Below, piece after piece: positions 47,570-57,885 of a stretch of 64,000 nt of DNA (position 1 is the stretch's first letter; each line of letters opens with the position of its first letter). The stretch is taken from the NCBI GenBank assembly GCA_010909165.1, contig MU008173.1, positions 1 to 64,000 of the forward strand, read 5' to 3'. The position numbers and the translations under genes are program-made. The stretch comes from Anthoceros angustus (Eukaryota > Plantae > Anthocerotophyta). Below the pieces are notes generated by a model. That model had not been told where the DNA came from. It saw only the letters and a list, made by a program, of their open reading frames with translations, and did not search any database.

Positions 47570-50500
47570 ATGGGGACAAGCGACGACTTGTCCAAAGCCT
47601 TTGCCCGCACTTTAAAGGACGTGAAAGCTGAATTTGAAGCTGACAATGTGAGACGCCTGCAGGTGACGTGTGCTCGTTCCCTGCCCCCTACCATTGTAGG
47701 TCTAAACTCTGAGTAGGATGAGTATCTAAGAGAGATGTGATGCTAAGCAGGCAAGACTGGAGCGCAATTCCGCAAATTTGAGGAGGTTCAGTGGGAAGCT
47801 TGAGACTCTATCAAGAAAGCAAGGGAACCAGTCTGCGCAACTGCTGAAGAAGCAAACGAAAGCACGCCCCTTGTCCGACCCAGGAGGATTAACTGCAGCT
47901 TGCAAGGTCCATGCTTCCCGCTGCGATGGAAGGACATCTAATGATAAGTGCTGTGAGGACAAGGTGGAATTTCGGGCAGCTGATGGAACGAAGCTACTCC
48001 TCACCAAGAAACATCAAGTCAGGCTTGATGTTGTGCAGAACGTGCCGCCATACATTTCTTGGGTTTTTGTTCAGAAGTGAGTCCGACGTCTTGTGGCTTG
48101 GTTCTTGATGACTTTGTACGCTGATTGCTTGGGTTGTGATGCGTGCCCTTGGTATTTTTTTGTGTGCAGGAACGAATTTATTACAGAGGATCTGCCAGTC
48201 ATTGGGCATCAAAAGGTCTACTATGATGGCAAAAATTGTGCTCTCGTTGACTGCACCAAGTCTTCGAGAAGGTCCAGAGACGAACTGGATGATGGGAACA
48301 CCTTCCACAAACTTGATGATTCCGTTATCGTGTACTGTCCAGCAGCTGTCGTGGTTTATGGAGGGTTACGGATGAGTTCCGAACTTTTTCGGAATGATTC
48401 TCATAGCTTTCCTCCTGTGTTCTATGCAGGAAGATGATTGAGAAGCATGGTTCTGGCCCTAAGGTACTTGAAGAGCTTGCAACTATTCTGGACAAGAGCT
48501 GTGACGAGGTTAAGGTACAGGCAGGTGTACCCAGCCCAATCTGACTCATCGATTCATCCTTTCCCCTCAATGACGTGCAGGGTTTTCCAACTTGCGCTGT
48601 GGACCTCTGTCTGTGACAGGCACGTTATGATGAGATTGAAGCAAAACAAGGTGGTCAAAAAACTATGGAGGCTTTTAAATCAAGCGTTACATGCAGCTCG
48701 ACCACGAGCAGAAGTTCATCAAATGTTGATAAAGCTGTGAAAGAAGTGGAAGAGGACAATGAGACACCTGACGATGACCGGATTCATGCTAGTCGAAGCT
48801 TGAAACAGGCAATGGATGCTTTTGAGTGCCTCTTCTGCCGCCGATGCTTAGTAAGACTCTCCAACTGCTGTCATTGTTGTGCGTATTGTCTTGGTCATTT
48901 ATCTTTGAAATGACAAGGGTCATGGTTTCTTTTTCTATTACCCCTGGCCAGCTTTTTCAACTGACCAAGCAGCTGTTACTCATTTAATCTGCAGGTCTTT
49001 GACTGTGTGCTGCATGGCTGCTCACAAGAACTAGCTTTGCCTGTAAGACATTGCAGTTTCTGTTGTCTGACCTCGTGCTGTTTTGCAAACTGGAGAATAT
49101 GGCATTCTTAGTGGCTTGGGGGTGCATCATTGTAGAATGAAGTAACTCGCCATTGGACACAACCAGATGTCGAAAGATCAAGACCCTGTAGCTCTCAATG
49201 TGTGTTACAGGTACGTCTGGCTCCTAACAGTGGATGTTGCGTATAGGATTGAGATTCCAAAGTTGTGGGACTATGGACAATGGGTGAAAAGATCTGACTG
49301 CATTGTGTTCACAACAGCCTGTTGAGCTCAGCGGGGTGTCTGGTATTGGAAGCTGTGAGGAGCAGGGATTCAGCTCCATACAGAAGCAAGACACATCATG
49401 CTCTCAAAGGATGGTTGTGGGTATAACTGAAGGTCACCTTGATAGAGTGGGCTCGTCCAGTGCTCTTGGACGAGGAATAACCTCTTTGAGGGATAGTCCA
49501 GCTACAGTAGCACGAAGCAAGAGGAAATTTATGCCAGAAGATGGTGAACTGTCAGGCGGACTACAAGATGACAGTGAGAAGACTGAGGAGGTTCAGGTGT
49601 GTTTGAAGCGGACCAGAGATCAGGGAAGCAATTCAATTCGGCTGACCTCAGAAACTGAGCATGATCAGGAGAAAAGTGTCCCAAAATTCCTGCCTGAAGC
49701 TGAAGCTGATTCTGGCCACCTGATAGAGGAAAAGACTGCTTCTTCAGCAAATGAAGATATAGCAAGTACTAACAGTGGAGATCAGGGGGCAAGGCTCCAT
49801 CCCGTGACAGATTCACTTGTTGAAACTGGTGGAGACAATAGTGGCTGGACAAATCTCGAGAAAGATCTGTATGAGAAAGGTTTGCAGATTTTTGGCTGCA
49901 ACAGGTATCCATTTTGTCCCATTGAGCCACGGTTATTGCTCTGGTCAAGTGAAAGTAGAGTAGGTTTCATCTAAGCCCTGGTCCTTTGTTTGGCTGCTGA
50001 TGCAGCTGCCTTATTTCCCAAAACCTTCTCAAAGGCTGGAAGACGTGTATTGAGGTTTCAAAATTCATGACTACACGGGAAGGCTCTCAAAAAGTAGGTG
50101 GTGGCCATTATCAGCCAATACAGGCAGGCAATGACCAGGTGTGAAACTTGTGCCAGCTACTTTTGTTTTGATTGTCTTTTGTCGTAAATTGGCACAGAGG
50201 TAGACTTGCCGTCCTGGTGGGATGAATGGTGGTTATGGGATAGAACATGAAAATGCATCTCATTGGTTGAAGAGTGGGCTGGTTAAAGCAGGAAGCAGAT
50301 GTCCGCCCACGTGGGGGTGGCGGTAGGCGGAAAGGAAGAGCGGGTAGAAAAGGGTCTGGCAGTAGTATGACAAATGCTCTGCGACAGCGGTTGAGTGATC
50401 TTGCTAAGAGAGATGTGTATACAAACTACAATCCCTGTGCCTGTTTCCCAACATGTGGGAAGGAATGCCCTTGCAAGCTTAATGCAACCTGCTGTGAAAA

Positions 50501-51832
50501 GCTTTGTGGGTAAGAAACATGCATGCCTCACTATCTGCCAACGTCACCAACTGGGTTGAACAAACTCGACTTCATGTTCTTGGATGTCGGATCCTTGTTT
50601 GGTTTGTGCAGGTGTGCAAGCAGTTGCAAATATCGTTTTAGAGGATGCAATTGTGCAAAGGGTCACTGCAGTACGAGGAATTGTCCTTGTTTTGCTGCTT
50701 CACGGGAGTGTGATCCTGATGTATGCAGGAAATGCTGGATAAGGTGAGCATGTTGGAGTGCTTGGCAGACACGTCTGTGTGGTGCAACTTAGGTTGGAGC
50801 TTCCTGCATGTCAGCGAGGTTGTAGTGTATAAAGTTTGATCATGGTAATGATTTGCTTCTCTCAGCTGTGGCGATGGCTCTTGTATTGGACCACCTCAAC
50901 GAGAAGACATCTGTGACTGCCACAATATGTCCCTCTTCCTCGGACAAAAACAACGGGTACTCTAGGCATGCAGATGACACTCTGAGTTATTGCTACCGAG
51001 TCTGGGAGAGGCAGGAAAATGGAGGAGGCAGGCTGGCTTATTAATCTATGCTATTTCTCTGTCATGCAGGTTCTGCTAGGAAGATCAAGCATCGTTGGGT
51101 GGGGAGCTTTTCTGAAGGTTGGTGCTGAATGGAGGGTCAGATATTTCATTACTATGCATTATGTGGTGTTGATTCAACACTCTGAATCCTTACTGTGCAG
51201 AACCCTGTGGAAAAGAACACATTTCTTGGAGAGTATACAGGTGAGCTGATCACCCACGATGAAGCAGAACGAAGGGGAAGGAAGTATGATCATGAAGGCC
51301 GCTCGTACCTCTTCAACCTGAACAACGAGGCAAGAACCTGACACCCTTTGTGGTCTTGCTGTACACGTGGCACAGTGGAGGGAGAATTCTAACAGCTCAC
51401 TACTCCTAACCTCTCCAGTTCTGCATCGATGCTTATCGGAAAGGGGACAAACTCAAGTTTGCAAATCATTCCAGCCACCCGAACTGTTTTGCTAAGGTAA
51501 CTATTCCCGACAACCCGAGGGAGCCTTGCAACTTAATTTCATTCGTGCGTGGAACTGGGACCTTACGCTTGTTCTCTGCTTCACAGATCGTACTGGTGAG
51601 TGGAGACCACCGCGTAGGGATTTTTGCGAAAGAGCGGATCACTGCAGGTGAAGAGCTGTTTTACGACTACGACTATGCTCCGGAATCTTGTCCTGATTGG
51701 GCCGTGAAAGTGAACGAGGAGGAGCTTCGACAGTCACGCCAAAATCGTGCCAACTCCAAGTTCGCACGAAAAGCCCAACATCCTCGCAAACTGAAGAAGC
51801 CAGCCAAGAGGCTGTCTCTGTCGGATCCTTAG
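47570..51832 (+). CDS. E(z): Enhancer-of-zeste (CLF/SWN-type) PRC2 histone H3K27 methyltransferase, divergent paralogue; start codon approximate
   Basis: [12 protein letters not shown]; [23 protein letters not shown]; [27 protein letters not shown]; CXC (PCAC..CGKECPC...[19 protein letters not shown]...[21 protein letters not shown]); SET ([14 protein letters not shown]...GEYTGELI...YLFNLN...[17 protein letters not shown]...[22 protein letters not shown]). One GC-AG intron at 51330. Confidence 0.93.
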
Positions 51833-52694
51833 GCCTTGTTTTTCGACTCCAAGGCGAGTGAATGTGTCTGCGAATGTCTTCTTTCTGTGGATGAGGAAGC
51901 CGTTCCCATGAAAATTACTAGGGTCCTGCTAGGATGGAAGTGTGGTTTGCGATGCGGACCTTAGTCTGCGCATTTTGATTGTGAGGCTGTATCGGGCACC
52001 TCCGCCGTGATCCGACGGACAGATAACCAGCCAGTTATCCTCTCCACTTGCTAAAACTCCGTCCCCGTTGCGGAAGCCATGCTTGCTAGCATGGGAATCG
52101 GAATGACGTAAGGGACAGTGCGTAGGAAACTCCGCGTGGCACTGAGACAGCTCCCATTGTCACAAGTTTTGGAGCACGGATGGCGTCACAGGAAACGCAA
52201 GCCTCAATCGGAGCATTTTTTAAACACAGGCCTGGACACACACAGTCGTTCTTGGGCCTCAATCGGAGCATTTTCTTCAAAAACTGGCCTGGACGCACAC
52301 AGTCATTCTTGGGCTAATTAGCGATGCCACAATGCCATGTCAGCTTTCATCCGTCTCCCGAGTGTCACCAACTTTTTGCCGTTGCCGATTTCCATGTTGC
52401 CTCTCCAGGATTTGATGCTCAAGGATTGCGCTACACTACACGCTGTGTGAAATCGTCTCTGCACGCTTGCGTCTAATAATATTAAGGAGCGCCTCTTCCT
52501 AGTCCCCACGCTAGAGGCCCATACAAGATTGAGGACGAGGCTCCTTCGACCTGGTGTTTGTCGGGACTCGAGAGATGTATGAAATGTAGGCAGATCCTTG
52601 TTACAGTCTGTATTCCACCTACCCCATATCTAATAACAAGGAGGTGTCTGAGATCTATGCACATCCTTGTCCCTGGCCGTATTCCACCTCATGT

Positions 52695-52960
52695 GCCGAG
52701 AAATGTGTTCTTCTCGACGGGGTTCTGCATAGCTGGTAAGGATCCAGAGTGTTGAATCAACCCCAAAGAATGCATAGCAATGAACTATCTGACCCTTCAT
52801 TCAGCACCAACCTTGAGACAAGCTCTTCAGCCAAGGATGCTAGTCTTCCTAACAGAAGCTGCGGCGCAAGACTGACTCTGCGGCGCAAGAGTAACTTCCA
52901 AGGCAGCACTTTATCAACTCTGGGGGAGGTGGGGTCCGACTCAAATACAGTCGCTCCGAA
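52695..52960 (-). pseudogene. Inverted, frameshifted E(z) fragment (pre-SET/SET exons plus intron)
   Basis: Reverse complement reads KLLLRRR...CTTCTGTTAGGAAGACTAGCATCCTTGGCTGAAGAGCTTGTCTCAAG|GTTGGTGCTGAATGAAGGGTCAGAT...GTTGATTCAACACTCTG...GCAG|AACCCCGTCGAGAAGAACACATTTCTCGG. This matches 51068-51220 of the E(z) gene, including intron sequence. Confidence 0.72.
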
Positions 52961-53123
52961 GTTGACAGGCGAACACACGCAAGGAAAATCATAAGAAACG
53001 CAGCTTGCAACGACAGTCAGAGTGAGACGAGAGCTGGCCCCTCCTCCTCCTCTCAAACATGGGAACTGGGCAGCTTTCCCTTTCCCTGCTGAGAGGAGCC
53101 GCAGTTTCCAGTGTCGTCCATCC

Positions 53124-54995
53124 ATGGCGGCCGGCTGGAAGGGGAAGTTGAGCAAATGGGCGAGGGCGTCGGCGTCGGCGAGCAGCAGCGAGAGCGGGGA
53201 GGCGAAAATCGTGGTGGGCTTGGATTTCGGGACCACATTCTCGGGCTTCGCGTTCGCGCACAGGGACGAGCCGGACAAGGTGTTCTGCCACTACGAGTGG
53301 CCGGGGCAGGACACGAGCTACTGCAAGACGCAGACGAGCCTGTACTACGAGCGGGAGGGGCCCGGGCCCGGGGCCGAGTACAGGGCCACGCACTGGGGCT
53401 GGGCGGCGCAGCAGGCGCACTTGAAGGAGCTCAAGAGTCAGGGCAGGCGGGTCGGGCCCGGGGAGCAGAGCGCCGGCCTCTTCCTCTTCAAATTCAAGCT
53501 CAATTTGGCGCCGGAGGGGTGGAGGACGGAGCGGCAAGGGCAGGACGCGGCGCAGCTGGATGCGCTGGCCAGGCTACCGGCGGGGATCACCACCGAGGAC
53601 AGCATCACCGAATACCTGGGGAAGCTCTCGGGCTTCGTGATCGAGCATCTCAAGGACAAGTACGGGCCGCACATCACGTCCCGGGACGTGCAGTGGTGTC
53701 TCACGGTGCCCGCGATATGGGAGGATTCGGCCAAGCAGACGATGCGCAGATGCGCCCAGATGGCGGGCATGGCCACCGGGCCTTTCTGCCCGGCGCAGAA
53801 GGCGGGGAGCGCCAGCCCGTTCCCGCTGGTGAGCGTGCTGGAGTCGGAGGCGGCGTCCGTGTACTGCGCGCGCAGATCCAACCAGTTCGCTCTCGGGAAG
53901 GGGGACCAGTTCCTGGTGGCGGACGTGGGGGGCGGGACCACCGACATCGTGGTGCACACCAAGCAGAACGACAGCTCGTCCGATCTCCGGCTGCGGGAGA
54001 CGTTGCAGAGCTCGGGGGACCTCTGCGGGGGCACGCACGTGGACCAGGGGTTTCTGAGATTTCTCAGCCGCAGGATTCCGTGCTTCCCGGATGAGGTGCA
54101 CAGGGTGCCCGCTACTCTCACCAAGGTGCTGAAACGGTGGCTGGAGATAAAGGTGTCGTTCGATGGCGAGGACCAGTGGGGGCCGGAGGAGTTGGACATC
54201 CCTCCCAATCTGTCCAGGGCCTGGAAGAAGTACGATGCCAGGATGGGATACCGCTCTGAAAACCACGACGAGATGGAGATCAGGGCGAGCGATATGCGGG
54301 CCATCTTCGATCCTGTGGTGGATAGGATCATTGCGTTGATCGGGGAGCGGCTGACTCTGGAGGTGAAGATGATGCTGCTGGTGGGTGGCTTCTCTTCCTC
54401 GCCGTATCTCAAGCTGAGACTGAAGGCTGCCTTTGCCGGGCAGCTGGGTGATCGGATAGTGACCCCGCCGGATCCCGGCAGCGCTGTGTGCCAAGGGGCC
54501 GTCTTATTCGGCTTCGCGCCGGAGGTGGTCATCTCCAGGGTTAGCCGCAAAACGTACGGGATCCAGCAGATGCGCAGGTTCAAGCCTGGGGATCCCCCTG
54601 CTTACGAGACCATGTTGCGGGGGAGGGCCTACTGCAGCAACACCTTCACGCCCTATGTGCGGAAAGGTGAGGAAGTCCCCATTGAGCACTGCGTCAAGTG
54701 CAAAGGGAGCCCTTCTGTGCTTGGCCTCGACACCCTCAACATCAACATTTACAGCTCGGATGAGCAACAGGTGCGCTACACCACCGACGATGGAGTGAAG
54801 CTGGAGGCTACCTTCAGCATGGACATATCTGACGATCCTAAGAAACTGGATCTGGACAGGGTAGTGGAGCTGTCCATGTACTTCGGATTGTCGTGCATTC
54901 AGGTTCGGGCGCGGCGCCTCAATTTCGGTAATCGGAATGAGGTGGTTGAGATGCACGATGTCATCGGCTTGACACTCGAGACAGCCGACGTTTGA
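53124..54995 (+). CDS. Atypical Hsp70 (HSPA12-like actin-fold ATPase) copy 1, intronless, 623 aa
   Basis: VVGLDFGTTFSGFAF (phosphate 1), WCLTVPAIW, LESEAAS, DVGGGTTD (phosphate 2), CGGTHVD, LLVGGFSSSPYL (adenosine), AVCQGAVLFG, SRVSRKTYG. No canonical DVLLLD linker, helical lid or EEVD. Confidence 0.88.
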   Translation: MAAGWKGKLSKWARASASASSSESGEAKIVVGLDFGTTFSGFAFAHRDEPDKVFCHYEWPGQDTSYCKTQTSLYYEREGPGPGAEYRATHWGWAAQQAHLKELKSQGRRVGPGEQSAGLFLFKFKLNLAPEGWRTERQGQDAAQLDALARLPAGITTEDSITEYLGKLSGFVIEHLKDKYGPHITSRDVQWCLTVPAIWEDSAKQTMRRCAQMAGMATGPFCPAQKAGSASPFPLVSVLESEAASVYCARRSNQFALGKGDQFLVADVGGGTTDIVVHTKQNDSSSDLRLRETLQSSGDLCGGTHVDQGFLRFLSRRIPCFPDEVHRVPATLTKVLKRWLEIKVSFDGEDQWGPEELDIPPNLSRAWKKYDARMGYRSENHDEMEIRASDMRAIFDPVVDRIIALIGERLTLEVKMMLLVGGFSSSPYLKLRLKAAFAGQLGDRIVTPPDPGSAVCQGAVLFGFAPEVVISRVSRKTYGIQQMRRFKPGDPPAYETMLRGRAYCSNTFTPYVRKGEEVPIEHCVKCKGSPSVLGLDTLNINIYSSDEQQVRYTTDDGVKLEATFSMDISDDPKKLDLDRVVELSMYFGLSCIQVRARRLNFGNRNEVVEMHDVIGLTLETADV

Positions 54996-55293
54996 GGGCT
55001 GGCTTGCTCTCGGTTCCACGATTTTGAAGCCCTTCCCTGGCCCCGCAGTCCTGATCAGATTGGGCGGCTGCATTCACGACATCTGCGGATAGATATCTGT
55101 TTCGTTCCAAGGTGTACGAAGCCCTACAGATTGTCTCGGTAGCCTGATGAAGAAAAGGAAGAGCATTTGAAGGCCAGAGGAGGTAAGCCGTCCAGGTCTC
55201 CACAAGTCAGACCTGCGTGTAAAGATGCAGCTTCTGGATACCTCCTACAGCTGTGTGTGAGCAATCCACAACTCTCGAAAAAGCGCCCGACCA

Positions 55294-57566
55294 TTAAGTT
55301 GACTGCTTCCCACTACCATCTTCAGGAGCAGGAGCTAAGCACCTTGAGGAGGGAGAAATTTGAGAGTACACTTCACTTTTTATGATGACTTTCCCTACAC
55401 GGAAGCCCGGAACAACCATGAATGCCACTTTGGGAAGGAAAGGTTGTTCATCTTCATCCACAATGTTAGCCATGTACAGAGGATCCAAGTCTGCTCCACT
55501 ATCCACTCCAAAGATCCTTGCACTGGGCAGAAAGGAGAGAGCCAACCTTTGCAACAGCCACACCGCCGTTGCAAGAGCCACGAACCTTCTGTAGTAGGGG
55601 TGGTTAGTTTGTTGACATGTCGGTACAAGCTGTTCAGGAGTGATGCTTAGAAACTTGCTACGAGCAAATTGTACCATCTTACTGCTGGAGTTGGCCGGGT
55701 TCAGGTCCACCACCGTTTTGTGGGACTTGAGCTGCTGGAATTCCTCGAAGAAGGCTCCGTGAGGCTTGTCCAGATCCCAAGGTCCTTGCTCGCAAAACCC
55801 ATCAATCTCGAAGCCTTGGAACATGGCAGTAGATATGACATAGGCCGCAAGGTACTTGTGGTGGGTAGACCTTGCAAATCTCGTCCTGCTGATCACTCCG
55901 GAATCTCCATAGGGCAAACCCGCTTTCTCCATCACCGTGCCATACTCCTTGGCAAACAGCAGCAGCTTGTCTTTCACTATCCTCACATGATCATCCAGCA
56001 GCACAGGTGTTGCTTCACCGTCAGTGTATGCTCCGGAGCTCGACGTTCTTGCGTTACTCTGTTCCCACAGCCTCGTCAGCTTCTGCACCTGCTGCTGCCC
56101 AGCCCTTACCTCCTCCTTCAGCTTTTCTTTCTCCAGCTCGTTCTTGCTCCTCAACGTCTCCTGGTAGGTTGCCCGCTGCATATACGGCTTCGGTGATTCG
56201 GTCCTGGTTGGAGACCCGTACTGATCGTAGCGAGTGATATCATCCACAGATAACCCTCTCCGATCGAGGGAGTCCCAAGTTCTCATATCATCCGGCGTTC
56301 GCCATCTGTGATCGACAGACTGCACTAGGGCGCCGCTACCTTGAAGCTCTTGCTGCATCTCGGTCACACTGGCGTTGGAGTGACGATTCTGCTGTGCTCG
56401 CTTCATCTCCGGTAGAGCCAGCAGTATCTCCAGTTGCCTGTGATACTCCACAGCCTCCGAAACAAACGCTGAAATGTGGTTGCTCCAGTTCTTCAGATGA
56501 GAAAGAACATCAGCTGTCCCTTCCCTCTGCCTGGGGTGGTACCCGCGAGCGTCATCCAACGAGTCTGTTCGTCGATGGCCGTGGCTTTGCTGAATCTGGG
56601 CAACTCGGTTCTGAGGATGGGCAGACGCCGGGGCAAGTGGTCCCCTGGAAGAATCTCCCAACCGCTCCCGTTCTGCAATCATGCCATCAGCTGTCCTGGC
56701 AGGTAGCTCCACCAGACCTCTACATTTGAGCTCTTGCCTTGCCTGGAAGGCCAACTCTAGCATCTTTTTGCATCCAGCTTCAACATTGTCCAGCGCAGAT
56801 AGATACTGATTGGGTACTTGGCCCAGCACCCTCGGGGCTGTATTCTCGTACCCTTTTCTATCTGTAATCCGGGCCGATGTGAGTGGAGCCAACTGCTGCA
56901 GCAAAGATGTTAAAGGTTGGGTCGGAATGACTTGGACTGAGGTAGAGGAAGTGTAATCCCCAGCTCTTGATGACTGGAGAATCGACTATTGTTCAAAACA
57001 GAAAGCACAGGTCAGTCAGCATTCCACAAAATTCGTCTTCTTCCGTAACTTTGTACAGCATTGCCAGAGCTTGATCCGCCTTGCAAGTCTAGGACAGTAC
57101 CTCGTTACCTTCGGCGCCATCTAGCATCTTTTTGCATCCAGCGTCAACATTGTCCAGCGAAGATAGATACTGATTGGGTACTTGGCCCAGCCTCGGGGCT
57201 GTATTCTCGTACCCTTTTCCATCTATCCGGGCCGATGTGAGTGGAGCCGACTGCTGCAGGAAAGCAGTTAAAGGTTGGGTCGGAATAACTTGAGCTGAGG
57301 TAGAGGAAGTGTAAGCCCCAGCTCCTGATGACTGGAGAATCGACTATTGTCCAAAAGGGAAAGCACATGTACAGGTCAGTCAGCTGCATGCCACAAAATT
57401 CTCCTTCATCCGTTGCTTTGTACAGCATTGCCAGAGCTTGATCCGCCTTCCAATTTCAGGACAGTACCTCGTTATCGCTGGTGCCATAGCCAAACGCCTC
57501 TTGTCCCTGCTTCTTCGAATTTTTCTGCTTCACGGTGCCGAACACCGTCTTCCACGTCCACGCCAT
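55294..57566 (-). CDS. GIL1/IRKI-family coiled-coil protein with GrpE-like C-terminal head, about 677 aa (exons 57566-57468, 57343-57101, 56985-55294)
   Basis: Spliced ORF starting MAWTWKTVFG; central coiled coil (ELEKEKLKEEVRAGQQQVQKL); KYLAAYVISTAMFQGF, FFEEFQQLK, FARSKFLSI, YYRRFVALATAVWLLQRLALSFLPSARIFGVDSGADLDPLYMANIV...KVAFMVVPGFRVGKVIIKSEVY, matching the GIL1/IRKI C-terminal consensus. Both introns (124 and 115 nt) are GT-AG with a CTGAC branch motif and are phase 0. Confidence 0.8.
56757..57487. repeat. About 365-bp tandem duplication (intron plus exon) inside the GIL1/IRKI-like gene
   Basis: CTAGCATCTTTTTGCATCCAGC...GATAGATACTGATTGGGTACTTGGCCCAGC...GACAGTACCTCGTTA begins at 56757 and again at 57121. 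Confidence 0.9.
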
Positions 57567-57885
57567 ACCTCCTCTGCAGATGGTTCCAGCAAGCCGTGAA
57601 GTAAGATTGGAGGTAGTGGTGGAGGCAAGTCTCCCGCATGAACCGCGTGCGGCGGGTGGAGGCAAGTTGCGAGCAAGAGCGCATTGCCTGCCTGCCTTAT
57701 CCTGGGAGCGTGCACCTTGCTCTAGGACTTTGACATGGTCTTCAATTGTTTATGAAGAGAGCCAGCCTACCCCGCATGTGCCGTGGCAGAGCGTAGTTGG
57801 CGTGCATTACAAACCTGCCAGTTTGCGGGATCGCGGGCAAGGGAAGGGAAGGGTCGGCAGGGCAGAGCTGTCCTTTGCTGTTGCA
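57567..57885. promoter_or_regulatory. Putative 319-bp bidirectional promoter between the GIL1/IRKI-like gene and Hsp70-like copy 2
   Basis: Divergent ATGs at 57566 (-) and 57886 (+). No canonical nGAAnnTTCnnGAAn heat-shock element seen. Confidence 0.5.

Noticed and set aside
57010-57487. Twin 35-aa Cys-rich ORFs (MAPAITRYCPEIG..., MAPKVTRYCPRLA...) on the minus strand
   Set aside because: They run through the splice donors into the duplicated introns; their similarity is explained by the tandem duplication.
57535-57885. 117-aa N-terminal extension of Hsp70 copy 2 in the ORF track
   Set aside because: Starts at GTG, overlaps the partner's first exon, and has no counterpart in copy 1; the ATG at 57886 sits just before the first conserved motif.
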